The notes beneath the pieces are model-generated. The model did no database searches, had not been told where the DNA came from, and saw only the letters and a list, made by a program, of their open reading frames with translations. Made by a program: the position numbers and the translations under genes. A stretch of 64,000 nt of DNA. Source: a phage. Where the stretch lies: the sequence record PZ583742.1; one strand, given 5' to 3'. Numbering within the stretch: the first letter of the stretch is position 1; the number at the start of each line of letters is the position of its first letter. Positions 45,899 to 54,235 of the stretch are shown one piece after another.

Positions 45899-47322
45899 AA
45901 ACTATTTTATCCCAGCTACTCTTTAACAAGGAATATTTTGTTAAAGTCTGGCCATATCTGAATAATACATATTTTGAAAAGGGTCCTGCAAAGACCCTTT
46001 TTAATACGATTAACGAACACGTAAAAGAATATCAAGCGGTACCAACTAAGACTGCACTTGATATCGCGCTCGACAGTTCTGACCTTTCTGAAGTCGAATA
46101 TGAAGGCACAAAGAAACTCTTAGGAGTCCTGGCCGATACTCCAGAAGACCAGGAATGGTTGGTTAAAGAAACCGAGAAGTATGTACAGAAGTCTGCGATG
46201 TTCAATGCCACATCCAGGATTATCGAAATCCAGAGTAATGCCGAACTTCCGAAAGATAAACGTGATAAACGAATCCCGGATATTGGTGCTATCACCGACA
46301 TCATGCGCGATGCATTGTCTATCTGTTTTGACTCTGCTCTGGGCCATGACTGGTTAAACGATTACGAAGCTCGATTCCAGACTTATCTGAACAAATCGAA
46401 GAAGGTTCCGTTCCGTATTAACATCCTGAATAAAATCACAAAGGGTGGGGTTGAGTACGGTACAGAGAACGTTTTACTGGCTGGGACAAACGTCGGCAAA
46501 TCCCTTGGACTTTGTTCGTTAGCGGCTGACTATCTTCAGACTGGTCATAACGTGCTTTATATAAGCATGGAAATGGCTGAAGAAGTATGTGCCAAACGTA
46601 TTGATGCCAACTTGCTGGATGTATCTCTGGATGATATTGATGAAGGTCATGTGTCATGGGCAGAATACAAAAGTAAGATGGAAAAATGGCGCGCAGCCGG
46701 GACTCTTGGGACTCTGAAGATAAAACAATATCCAACTGGTGGTGCTCATGCGGATACCTTCCGTGCATTATTGAATGAATACAAACTGAAACAAGGGTTT
46801 GTGCCGGATGTGATTATTGTTGACTACCTGGCAATCTGTGCAAGCTCAAGATTGAAAACGTTTACCGAAAACAGTTACGGCCTGATTAAAATGGTTGCAG
46901 AAGAACTTCGTGGCCTGGCGGTCGAGAAAAATGTGGTCCTGTGGACTGCAGCACAGACAACCAGGGGCGCGAACGTTGCAGCTGAGATTGATATGGCTGA
47001 CATTGCAGAATCCTTTGGTATTGCTCACACGGCCGATTTTATGTTGGGTGTTGTTGAGACTGAAGAATTCGCTCAAATGGGTCTGCAGTTAATCAAACAG
47101 CTTAAGTCTCGTTATGGTGATAAGAACTACTATAATAAATTCAAGATGGGTGTTAAGAAAGGTAATCAGCGCTGGTATGAGGTTGATGATGATTCGGCTC
47201 CTAAACAAGGCCCTACGGTTAAAGAAGCCACTGGTGAGATGAATCGCCAGGCTGAAATGAATAGACAAACCAGGGTCAACAGGAGCGACCTGGACGACCT
47301 TGCTGCTCAAATGAAATTCTAA
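45892..47322 (+). CDS. 41: replicative DNA helicase gp41 (DnaB-like)
   Basis: From GTG 45892 the N-terminus is MVETILSQLLFNKEYFVKVWPYL (T4 MVEIILSHLIFDQAYFSKVWPYM); Walker A GTNVGKSLG; HNVLYISMEMAEEVCAKRIDAN; ORF-track start is 45883. Confidence 0.95.
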   Translation: MVETILSQLLFNKEYFVKVWPYLNNTYFEKGPAKTLFNTINEHVKEYQAVPTKTALDIALDSSDLSEVEYEGTKKLLGVLADTPEDQEWLVKETEKYVQKSAMFNATSRIIEIQSNAELPKDKRDKRIPDIGAITDIMRDALSICFDSALGHDWLNDYEARFQTYLNKSKKVPFRINILNKITKGGVEYGTENVLLAGTNVGKSLGLCSLAADYLQTGHNVLYISMEMAEEVCAKRIDANLLDVSLDDIDEGHVSWAEYKSKMEKWRAAGTLGTLKIKQYPTGGAHADTFRALLNEYKLKQGFVPDVIIVDYLAICASSRLKTFTENSYGLIKMVAEELRGLAVEKNVVLWTAAQTTRGANVAAEIDMADIAESFGIAHTADFMLGVVETEEFAQMGLQLIKQLKSRYGDKNYYNKFKMGVKKGNQRWYEVDDDSAPKQGPTVKEATGEMNRQAEMNRQTRVNRSDLDDLAAQMKF

Positions 47323-47340
47323 AGACCTTCGGGTCTTTTT
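47323..47340 (+). terminator. rho-independent terminator after gene 41
   Basis: agacc-ttcg-ggtct followed by TTTTT. Confidence 0.6.
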
Positions 47341-47412
47341 CATTTAGAGGTTTACAACACCATAAAAGGGGTGTACCATTATCCCATCAACTACTGATGA
47401 GGATAATAAAAT
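47341..47412 (+). repeat. promoter plus RBS-hairpin cassette, copy 2 (PeSL-like)
   Basis: catttagaggtttacaacaccataaaaggggtgtaccattatcccatcaactactgatgaggataataaaatg. Confidence 0.6.
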
Positions 47413-47659
47413 GTTATTAGTTAATGTGCATTACCAGTTCAAATCTGAAGAAGCTCTCCAAAAGTATGCTGATATTTGTGAGCATAATAAAAGAACAGCT
47501 GCCATTGTTGGTCTGAAGCCTTTTAAAATTTTGGATTGCACCTTGAACAGAGCAAGGCGCTGGTGTAGTGTTGCCTGTCATGCTTCAGTTGAAGGGAATG
47601 ATTATTTTTTCATTACTTTCAATGCACAAGATTTTCATTTAATTAATGAATTAAAATAG
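47411..47659 (+). CDS. hypothetical protein
   Basis: First gene after terminator/promoter/RBS cassette. Confidence 0.45.
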   Translation: MLLVNVHYQFKSEEALQKYADICEHNKRTAAIVGLKPFKILDCTLNRARRWCSVACHASVEGNDYFFITFNAQDFHLINELK

Positions 47660-47689
47660 TGTACAAGCCCCTTGACTTAGGACATAATG
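47658..47689 (+). promoter_or_regulatory. early promoter-like element TGTACA-N17-CATAAT
   Basis: TGTACA 47660-47665, CATAAT 47683-47688. Confidence 0.45.
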
Positions 47690-47738
47690 ATTCCACACTG
47701 AGTTACACAATAAACCAACTGTTAAAAAGGAAAACCAT

Positions 47739-48041
47739 ATGTTTAATCAAACCGACATGAATCGTTACTATTTTGGACAATTCGCTCGCCGTGATGAAAA
47801 CTGTGCCGCTCTTATCGCATCAGGCATTCAAACTGGTAAATTAATAAAGCTCAAAAGCGATGTTCAACCTTCATCTGTTCGCAGCTCTCTTCGTGAGTAT
47901 CTGCTTGCAGGCGGTGAAGTGTACGTCATCGCCGAACCTTTTGTTAACGTGTGTGATGATTACACAATTAGTGTGACTGTTATGCACCCAACTACCGGGA
48001 AAATTCGTTGTCTGACTATGCGCAACTATGAGTTGGTGTAA
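47739..48041 (+). CDS. hypothetical protein
   Basis: Downstream of TGTACA-N17-CATAAT promoter; followed by terminator. Confidence 0.45.
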   Translation: MFNQTDMNRYYFGQFARRDENCAALIASGIQTGKLIKLKSDVQPSSVRSSLREYLLAGGEVYVIAEPFVNVCDDYTISVTVMHPTTGKIRCLTMRNYELV

Positions 48042-48050
48042 GTGAATAAA

Positions 48051-48070
48051 GGGGCTTACAGCCCCTTTTT
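48051..48070 (+). terminator. rho-independent terminator
   Basis: ggggc-ttaca-gcccc followed by TTTTT. Confidence 0.6.
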
Positions 48071-48109
48071 CTTATGTTATAATGACTCTATCAACTACTG
48101 GAGAATAAA

Positions 48110-48427
48110 ATGAAAACCATTGATTGCAAGGCAGAATACAAAGTTTATTATCATGGGTCAAGCTCTAATGCTGGAATCCAAAATATGCTTTGCCCTCCTG
48201 ATGCAACTGGTGTTCTGTCAGAAGTTGGACGTAAGAAAAACCTGAATCGTGTGTTCTTTACTGAAGATATCGGTTTGGCTAAGATTTATGCTGGACGTGC
48301 AGCTCGTTCAGTGGGAGGAGAACCTCGTCTTTATCGTGTAATTGCTCCGGTAGATGTGGTTTGTTTAAATGATACTAAAGGCGCCACGGTTTATCATGCT
48401 GAATGGGCCTTCTGCGAGGAAATCTAA
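48110..48427 (+). CDS. hypothetical protein
   Basis: RBS GGAGAA. Confidence 0.45.
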   Translation: MKTIDCKAEYKVYYHGSSSNAGIQNMLCPPDATGVLSEVGRKKNLNRVFFTEDIGLAKIYAGRAARSVGGEPRLYRVIAPVDVVCLNDTKGATVYHAEWAFCEEI

Positions 48428-48637
48428 ATGGAAGAGTTTGCTAAAGTAGTTTTTATCGGTTGGTTTGAAAATGATAGCATGTTTACCAAAGAAATCCGCA
48501 TGGATATATCAGACAAAGAGCATATCATGTGGGCGACCATGAGTTTTGCTGAAGTAAATAAAGCATTGGTAAAAGCCTTTGTCAACGATGTGAAAGTGTT
48601 TGAATGTGATTGGCGCAACAAGCCTGAGGAAATCTAA
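48428..48637 (+). CDS. hypothetical protein
   Basis: ORF abutting upstream stop; its last 19 nt (ggaaatctaaatg junction) repeat the end of the previous gene. Confidence 0.4.
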   Translation: MEEFAKVVFIGWFENDSMFTKEIRMDISDKEHIMWATMSFAEVNKALVKAFVNDVKVFECDWRNKPEEI

Positions 48638-48877
48638 ATGAATATTACCTTAATGAAACCAACTCCCGGTTCTTTTTGGAACAAATCTTTTGGTAAGCAT
48701 AATATGTTTATCCAACGCACTGTAAGCAACTGGGAACTAGTTCTTTCAGTCGGCCACAACGATTATGAACAAGAATACGTAGAGTTCTTCGATTTTCCTG
48801 TGAAGCCTACTAAGCGTCAGATTCGTCAGACAAAACGTAAATTCCGTAAAATTTATTTGGAAGACGCATTAAAATAG
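48638..48877 (+). CDS. hypothetical protein
   Basis: ORF abutting upstream stop. Confidence 0.4.
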   Translation: MNITLMKPTPGSFWNKSFGKHNMFIQRTVSNWELVLSVGHNDYEQEYVEFFDFPVKPTKRQIRQTKRKFRKIYLEDALK

Positions 48878-48934
48878 TGTACAACAAAGGGATAATGCAG
48901 TATATTATCCCTATCAACTACTGAGGAGATTGAA

Positions 48935-49228
48935 ATGAAAAAGTTATTAATCGCAGCAATTCTTACCGTAGCATCATGTGGTACAGCTCCAGTTACTGCT
49001 GGACTTGATAAAGACCTTTGTGAGTGGTCTATGACTGCGGACCAGACTGATGTTGAACATCAGATTTATGCCGATATCATGAATATTACTAAACGTGACC
49101 GCCCAGATATGGTTAAAGAAGTATCTGACCAATTGACTTCTGGTGACGTTATGCAGTATAACTATGTTCTGTATTGCGATGCTTCATTTGACAACAGCAA
49201 GATTGTTCAATGGGTTACAGGTGAATAA
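48935..49228 (+). CDS. lipoprotein
   Basis: Signal peptide plus lipobox MKKLLIAAILTVASCG; RBS GAGGAGA. Confidence 0.5.
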   Translation: MKKLLIAAILTVASCGTAPVTAGLDKDLCEWSMTADQTDVEHQIYADIMNITKRDRPDMVKEVSDQLTSGDVMQYNYVLYCDASFDNSKIVQWVTGE

Positions 49229-49229
49229 A

Positions 49230-49667
49230 ATGATTAACAGAAATTTAGTTATCAAAAAACTTCGTTGTAAAAATCCAAATGCACAAGCATACAGGGCGTT
49301 TTGGAGCGACGACCATCAATACCTGGGTTATTTTCTTGTTGATAGTGATGATAGAATTACGTTTGCTCATAAACTTCTTAACAAAGAATTAAACCATTGG
49401 AAAGAACTTATTGCGGTCAAGTCCAAATTATTTTCTTGCAATACAATGCACCAATTGGTTTATTTTTTCGCTGATGGTATTCCTGACAAGGTTGAGTTTG
49501 ACGGGTTTGAATTTAAAGACATCAACCCTGATAATGAATTGAATGACAGTATTGTTAATATGGGTATCCCTGGCAAGTACATCAAAAACAGTCTTTTGAA
49601 AATTCTGGAAACCCCTGTTTATTCAGTTGACGACCAGATTTTTAATGCTTTCATGAAGCGAGATTAA
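49230..49667 (+). CDS. hypothetical protein
   Basis: ATG 49230; C-terminal 13 residues identical to next gene (SVDDQIFNAFMKR). Confidence 0.45.
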   Translation: MINRNLVIKKLRCKNPNAQAYRAFWSDDHQYLGYFLVDSDDRITFAHKLLNKELNHWKELIAVKSKLFSCNTMHQLVYFFADGIPDKVEFDGFEFKDINPDNELNDSIVNMGIPGKYIKNSLLKILETPVYSVDDQIFNAFMKRD

Positions 49668-49671
49668 TATG
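49629..49671 (+). repeat. 43-bp direct repeat, copy A (gene 3' end plus next start)
   Basis: gacgaccagatttttaatgcTttcatgaagcgagAttaatatg; 41/43 identical to copy B. Confidence 0.8.
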
Positions 49672-50019
49672 AATGATTACAATTTTCTGAATTTTGAACT
49701 GGCGAGCAATAATGATGGTAATGCTCATTATGAATTCCGCGACCCTCGGTTTAATCAGGCGATTGGTTATATTATCGTTAAAGATGATATTATCATAAAG
49801 GCTCGCTCATTCCTGGTAATGAAAGGACCTTATGAAGATACTCGCGGTTATCCGTTTGATAAAAAGAATGTGCGTGATTGCGCCGCCTGGATAACGGGAA
49901 ATCCCAAAATTGGAGTCATGTTATCTGATGAAGCGAACGACATTTTGAATGGGGTAGGCAAAGCTCAAGAACAGTCTGTCGACGACCAGATTTTTAATGC
50001 CTTCATGAAGCGAGGTTAA
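49669..50019 (+). CDS. hypothetical protein flanked by 43-bp direct repeats
   Basis: ORF whose start and stop each sit inside a copy of a 43-bp direct repeat. Confidence 0.45.
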   Translation: MNDYNFLNFELASNNDGNAHYEFRDPRFNQAIGYIIVKDDIIIKARSFLVMKGPYEDTRGYPFDKKNVRDCAAWITGNPKIGVMLSDEANDILNGVGKAQEQSVDDQIFNAFMKRG

Positions 50020-50023
50020 TATG
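49981..50023 (+). repeat. 43-bp direct repeat, copy B
   Basis: gacgaccagatttttaatgcCttcatgaagcgagGttaatatg; 352 bp downstream of copy A. Confidence 0.8.
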
Positions 50024-50242
50024 TTTGTTTTGACCCAATTCTCTAAAGCAATATATAGTTACTCTTGTCAATGGGAAGTCTTTATTGACACTCCGTCTCC
50101 CAAGTACGGAGTTTTTGGACGAGTAACTACTCAAGCTTACGTTGCTCGACCAACTAAACGCCAGATTCGTAAACTTAAAAAGGCACATCGTCAACTGATT
50201 AAAAGAAGGGAACAATATGAGTGCAATGTGTACGGGCTCTAA
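50021..50242 (+). CDS. hypothetical protein
   Basis: ORF-track ORF. Confidence 0.4.
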   Translation: MFVLTQFSKAIYSYSCQWEVFIDTPSPKYGVFGRVTTQAYVARPTKRQIRKLKKAHRQLIKRREQYECNVYGL

Positions 50243-50408
50243 GATTTCTGTCTTCCAGATTTTTGAAGAATATGAAATCGTATCGCAAGACCAAGAAGCA
50301 ATCCATGTTATCGCTGATGATGGTGTTACCTGGATTATTCCGTTGTATCATGAAGACACTTATGAAGTGACTGATGCAAATGGTGATAAAGCTATCTTCG
50401 TTGTATAA
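50217..50408 (+). CDS. hypothetical protein
   Basis: ORF overlapping upstream end. Confidence 0.4.
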   Translation: MSAMCTGSKISVFQIFEEYEIVSQDQEAIHVIADDGVTWIIPLYHEDTYEVTDANGDKAIFVV

Positions 50409-50411
50409 ATA
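50404..50411 (+). promoter_or_regulatory. T4-type late promoter TATAAATA upstream of CTS-bearing small gene
   Basis: Exact TATAAATA 17 nt upstream of ATG 50428. Confidence 0.55.
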
Positions 50412-50427
50412 GCGGAAAGGGGGTGTT

Positions 50428-50595
50428 ATGAAAACATTCAAAGATTTTATCAACGAAAATATGGTTGCCGGTGATGCGGGTGGAAACCCAACTAATATCG
50501 CAACAGGTACCACTTCCGGGGCAGTTGTCAATAAAGGCCCTGAACAAATCCCATCAAAAAAGCGTAAGAACAAAGACGATAAACCTACAGTATAA
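50428..50595 (+). CDS. small internal-protein-like protein with capsid-targeting sequence (55 aa)
   Basis: N-terminus MKTFKDFINE (CTS-like, I-N-E protease site); exact late promoter TATAAATA at 50404-50411; RBS AAAGGGGG; below ORF-track size cutoff. Confidence 0.55.
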   Translation: MKTFKDFINENMVAGDAGGNPTNIATGTTSGAVVNKGPEQIPSKKRKNKDDKPTV

Positions 50596-50627
50596 TGGTC
50601 CTTCGGGGCCATTGAAATGAGGAAACT

Positions 50628-51656
50628 ATGTCATATATTGATAAAGAATTTGCAGTCAGAGCTTTATCGTATCAACCACGTTATAGAGAAGTCACCGGGA
50701 GCACATTTAAAGCAAACTGTCGTTGCAAGGTTTGTGGGGACTCCCAGAAAGATTCACACAAGGCTCGATTCTGGGCGTATACTAATCCGACTGATGGCGC
50801 GGTTTACGTGAAATGTTTTAACTGTGACTACTCCACGCATATAAGCAAATACATAAAAGAGTTTGAGCCGGATTTACACCGGGAATATATGGTTGAGAAG
50901 TATAAGGAGAATGCATTTGGGCGACAACGCACTGAAGTTGCAGAAGCTCCGAAAGAACCAGAAAAAACTCCGGTTATTGAGCAGCTTGCTTTTTGTGAAA
51001 GACTCGATACTTTACCAGAAGCACATCCGATAATTAAGTATGTAAAAAGTCGGTGTATTCCGAGCAATGTTTGGAACCGGTTATGGTTTACAAACAAATG
51101 GCCTGCATTAGTTAACTCCGTTAATCCTGGGACGTATAAGAATGAAACGAATGAACCACGCTTGGTTATTCCTATCTTCAACGGCAAAAAAGAAATCGAA
51201 TCTTTCCAAGGACGAGCTCTTCGCAAAGATGCACCACAAAAATATATCACAATCAAAGCTCACCCAGAAGCTTCCAAAGTCTATGGCGTAGACAAGATTG
51301 ATGAGCGTAAACGCGTATGGGTAATGGAAGGTCCAATTGATAGTTTGTTTATCCCTAACAGCATTGCGATAACCGGTGGAACATTAGCATTGGAAGCTGT
51401 TCCTTACCCAGAAACCAGAGTATGGGTGATGGATTCAGAAGCAAGACATCCTGATACGATTAAACGTATGAAGAAATTAGTCGATGCAGGAGAAGCTGTT
51501 ATGTTCTGGGACAACGCACCGTGGCATACGAAAGATATAAATGAAATGATTAAATCGGAAGGAGCAACGCCTGAGCAAATTGAAGCCTATATGAATGATA
51601 ATATTGCACAAGGTTTAATGGCAAAACTTCGATTATCCAAATATGCAAAAATATGA
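50628..51656 (+). CDS. 61: DNA primase gp61
   Basis: N-terminal zinc ribbon CRCKVCGDS..x..CFNCDYS; TOPRIM-like VWVMEGPIDSLF; size and neighbourhood as T4 gp61. Confidence 0.9.
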   Translation: MSYIDKEFAVRALSYQPRYREVTGSTFKANCRCKVCGDSQKDSHKARFWAYTNPTDGAVYVKCFNCDYSTHISKYIKEFEPDLHREYMVEKYKENAFGRQRTEVAEAPKEPEKTPVIEQLAFCERLDTLPEAHPIIKYVKSRCIPSNVWNRLWFTNKWPALVNSVNPGTYKNETNEPRLVIPIFNGKKEIESFQGRALRKDAPQKYITIKAHPEASKVYGVDKIDERKRVWVMEGPIDSLFIPNSIAITGGTLALEAVPYPETRVWVMDSEARHPDTIKRMKKLVDAGEAVMFWDNAPWHTKDINEMIKSEGATPEQIEAYMNDNIAQGLMAKLRLSKYAKI

Positions 51657-52420
51657 ATTATCTAAAATTATATAATAAATTAATAGACAAAGGCCTCGCA
51701 AGGGGCCTAAACAAAAAGAATATCCCATTTTATACGGAGTCCCATCATATACTACCAAGGTGTTTGGGTGGACCTGACACCGAAGATAATTTGGTATTGT
51801 TATCAGCAAGAGAACATTTTATTGCACATTTGTTACTTTTTAAAATTTATCGACTTTCTAAATTAATGTTTGCTATACACCGGATGTGCGGTGACAAATT
51901 TGATAGCGCAAAATATGAATGGATGCGAAAAGAACATAGTAAAGCCGTTAGTGAACATATGTCAAACTTATGGAGTCAATCCGAGTTTAAAGACAAAATG
52001 TTAATTGCTTTACACAAGCGACATAACGACCACCCTGTGTCTGATAAAACCAAAAGTAAAATAGCTAACTCATTAAAATTGTATTATCAAAATAATCCAG
52101 TTACTGATGAACAACGGCAAAAGAATCGCGATGCACAAATGAGAAGATTTAAAGAAAATCCGCAAACCGAAGAAACGAAAAAGTTGCGGCGAGAAGCATG
52201 CCGAAAGGCAACTGGAACACCGGTTTGTAGATGCGATGAATTTGGTAATATACTTGAAAAGTATAATTCGGGAGCTGAGGCAAAGGAATTATTACAATTG
52301 GCGGGCAATACTCAAAATATATACACAGCTTGTAAAAGAAATAAAAAGACAGGCCGAATGTATAGGTCAAACGGCCATTTTTGGAAGTATCAAGACGAGG
52401 AAGGGATTCCGGTAAAGTAA
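51653..52420 (+). CDS. HNH homing endonuclease (Mob-like)
   Basis: HNH motif ESHHILPRCLGGPDTEDNLVLLSAREHFIAH; start overlaps gene 61 stop (ATGA); basic repeat-containing C-terminal half. Confidence 0.75.
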   Translation: MNYLKLYNKLIDKGLARGLNKKNIPFYTESHHILPRCLGGPDTEDNLVLLSAREHFIAHLLLFKIYRLSKLMFAIHRMCGDKFDSAKYEWMRKEHSKAVSEHMSNLWSQSEFKDKMLIALHKRHNDHPVSDKTKSKIANSLKLYYQNNPVTDEQRQKNRDAQMRRFKENPQTEETKKLRREACRKATGTPVCRCDEFGNILEKYNSGAEAKELLQLAGNTQNIYTACKRNKKTGRMYRSNGHFWKYQDEEGIPVK

Positions 52421-52596
52421 CCGATGATGGAATGGATATGTTCCATTGTGACCTGGGGTAAGTGTACCCCTTGTGTTGCAGCGATAGGCACAACCAGTAA
52501 GTTCCACAGGAAAACATCAAGAGCTAAAAAGCCCATGATGAGCTTCTTGTCTTTCTTACTGGTTAATTTCCAAATCTGATAGAATAATGTTCCCAT
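52390..52596 (-). CDS. small membrane protein, minus strand (paralogue of 52605..52802)
   Basis: Minus-strand ORF with RBS AGGTGG 7 nt before ATG; TM segment similar to neighbour (FLWNLLVVPIAATQGVHLP vs LLWNFIVAPVAMAHGVILP). Confidence 0.5.
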   Translation of the reverse strand: MGTLFYQIWKLTSKKDKKLIMGFLALDVFLWNLLVVPIAATQGVHLPQVTMEHIHSIIGYFTGIPSSS

Positions 52597-52604
52597 AGTT
52601 CCAC

Positions 52605-52802
52605 CTATATAAGGCCGATTAATGCCAGTGAAACATCTACAACTGATTCGAGCGCGACGACTGGTAATATAACACCATGTGCCATTGCAACTGGAGCAAC
52701 AATGAAGTTCCAGAGTAGAACTAAACAGAGTACCGAAAGGACCAGAATCGTTCGCTTACGACTGCCTTTGATGGCTTGAATTAGACTAGATAGTTTTAGC
52801 AT
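52605..52802 (-). CDS. small membrane protein, minus strand
   Basis: Minus-strand ORF with RBS AAGAAAGGGGG before ATG; late-promoter-like CATAAATA upstream on minus strand. Confidence 0.5.
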   Translation of the reverse strand: MLKLSSLIQAIKGSRKRTILVLSVLCLVLLWNFIVAPVAMAHGVILPVVALESVVDVSLALIGLI

Positions 52803-52886
52803 ACATCCCCCTTTCTTGTATTTATGCTTTAAACCAATACGATATAATTAACATACAAACAACATGAATTGATAAGGAAAAATATA

Positions 52887-53405
52887 ATGGCTCATTTTAA
52901 TGAATGTTCTCAACTGATTGCTGGTGTTGATAAAGCTCAGGGCGCTTATGATAATGCAATTTTTGAAGGCACTGACCCACTGCAAGTTATGCTTGATATG
53001 CAGAAATCATTGCAGGTTCGTCTGGCTAAAGAAAAACCAGAATATAACGAACATCCTGATAACCTGGCGACTGCTGGTGAAGTTGTTACCTGGCTCCGCA
53101 ACCAGAAAGATTATATTGATGATGAATTCCGTGAACTGATTACTGCATTAGGTGGCATGTCCAATGGCGAGAAAGCTGCCTCGGCCGTATGGAAACCATG
53201 GAAAGCACAACATGGCGAAATGCAGCAAACCCTGATTAATGATTTATCTCCTGAAGACCAGCTCGAAATTAAATTTGAGATGATTGATATCCTGCACTTT
53301 GTCCTGAACATGTTCCACGGTCTTGGACTGACTGCAGAAGAAATCTTTAAATTGTATTATCTGAAAAATGCCGAAAACTTTGCTCGTCAAGACCGAGGTT
53401 ATTAA
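52887..53405 (+). CDS. 56: dCTPase/dUTPase gp56
   Basis: MAHFNEC..L..GVDKAQ; DPLQVMLDMQ; IDDEFRELI; SPEDQLEIKFE..D..HFVLNMF.GLG..AEEIFKLYYLKN.ENFARQDRGY is near-identical to T4 gp56. Confidence 0.93.
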   Translation: MAHFNECSQLIAGVDKAQGAYDNAIFEGTDPLQVMLDMQKSLQVRLAKEKPEYNEHPDNLATAGEVVTWLRNQKDYIDDEFRELITALGGMSNGEKAASAVWKPWKAQHGEMQQTLINDLSPEDQLEIKFEMIDILHFVLNMFHGLGLTAEEIFKLYYLKNAENFARQDRGY

Positions 53406-53686
53406 TGGCTCGATTAAATAAACGTCAGCTTAAGAAAGCTCGCAAGAAATATATTAACGATATAATTGAAAATGTTAATACCGAAATCTTCGTAGAACTC
53501 TTATCTAATCAACTAAAACATTTATCTAAACATGAAATTGATACGAATACTGAAAATGCTAAAAATGTAATTGAAACTCATAATGCTTTTGCTAATGCAA
53601 CAGCAGAATGGATGGCGAATCCTACTGCTGAAAATCTAGCTAAAATGACTGAAGCCAATAAAGCAGTTCAAGCCATCAAATTGTAA
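53405..53686 (+). CDS. hypothetical protein
   Basis: ORF abutting gene 56 stop. Confidence 0.4.
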   Translation: MARLNKRQLKKARKKYINDIIENVNTEIFVELLSNQLKHLSKHEIDTNTENAKNVIETHNAFANATAEWMANPTAENLAKMTEANKAVQAIKL

Positions 53687-53688
53687 GT

Positions 53689-53696
53689 TATAAATA
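53689..53696 (+). promoter_or_regulatory. T4-type late promoter TATAAATA upstream of soc
   Basis: Exact TATAAATA 32 nt upstream of soc ATG; soc is a late gene in T4. Confidence 0.6.
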
Positions 53697-53727
53697 CGCC
53701 TGTAATTAAACAACAAAGGAGTTAATT

Positions 53728-53961
53728 ATGGGTGGTTTCGTTAATATCAAAACCTTCACGCATCCAGCTGGTGAAGGTAAAGAAGTTAAAGGTGTTGAAG
53801 TATCTGTTCCGTTTGAAATCTATTCGAACGAGCACCGTATTGCTAATGCACACTATCAGACTTTTCCTTCCGAAAAGGCCGCTTATGTCACCGTAGCGTC
53901 TAGTGCAGCTGATTGGCGAACTAAGAACGCGGCGATGTTTACGCCTACCCCAGTAGTTTAA
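53728..53961 (+). CDS. soc: small outer capsid protein Soc
   Basis: VNIKTF; SGAHYQTFPSEKAAY-type core (ours ANAHYQTFPSEKAAYVTV) matches T4 Soc; exact late promoter TATAAATA at 53689-53696; RBS AAGGAG. Confidence 0.85.
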   Translation: MGGFVNIKTFTHPAGEGKEVKGVEVSVPFEIYSNEHRIANAHYQTFPSEKAAYVTVASSAADWRTKNAAMFTPTPVV

Positions 53962-53966
53962 TTATA

Positions 53967-53989
53967 GGGAACCTTCGGGTTCCCTTTTT
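53967..53989 (+). terminator. rho-independent terminator after soc
   Basis: gggaacc-ttcg-ggttccc followed by TTTTT. Confidence 0.65.
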
Positions 53990-54013
53990 GCTTTTAATAG
54001 AAGCGGTATAATT
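53987..54013 (+). promoter_or_regulatory. middle-promoter-like element (MotA-box-like TTGCTTTTA plus TATAAT)
   Basis: TTGCTTTTA 53988-53996, TATAAT 54007-54012; directly after terminator hairpin. Confidence 0.45.
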
Positions 54014-54037
54014 ATTTCAATTACAGAGGAGAATACT

Positions 54038-54235
54038 ATGTTAAACCGTTGGATTAAACCGAACAAAGTTTTAGATGAAGTTATTGCTCATGATGTCCAT
54101 TTTAAGTATGGATTGGGTGTGTTTGATGAGGTTATCGTACATTCATTCATGATGCATGACGATGACTCTTTAGAATTCAATATTGAAATCCGTTGTGATG
54201 ATGGTAAAGTTGAATTTAAACGAGGTTTCCTATGA
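54038..54235 (+). CDS. hypothetical protein
   Basis: Downstream of terminator plus MotA-box-like promoter; RBS AGAGGAGAA. Confidence 0.45.
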   Translation: MLNRWIKPNKVLDEVIAHDVHFKYGLGVFDEVIVHSFMMHDDDSLEFNIEIRCDDGKVEFKRGFL

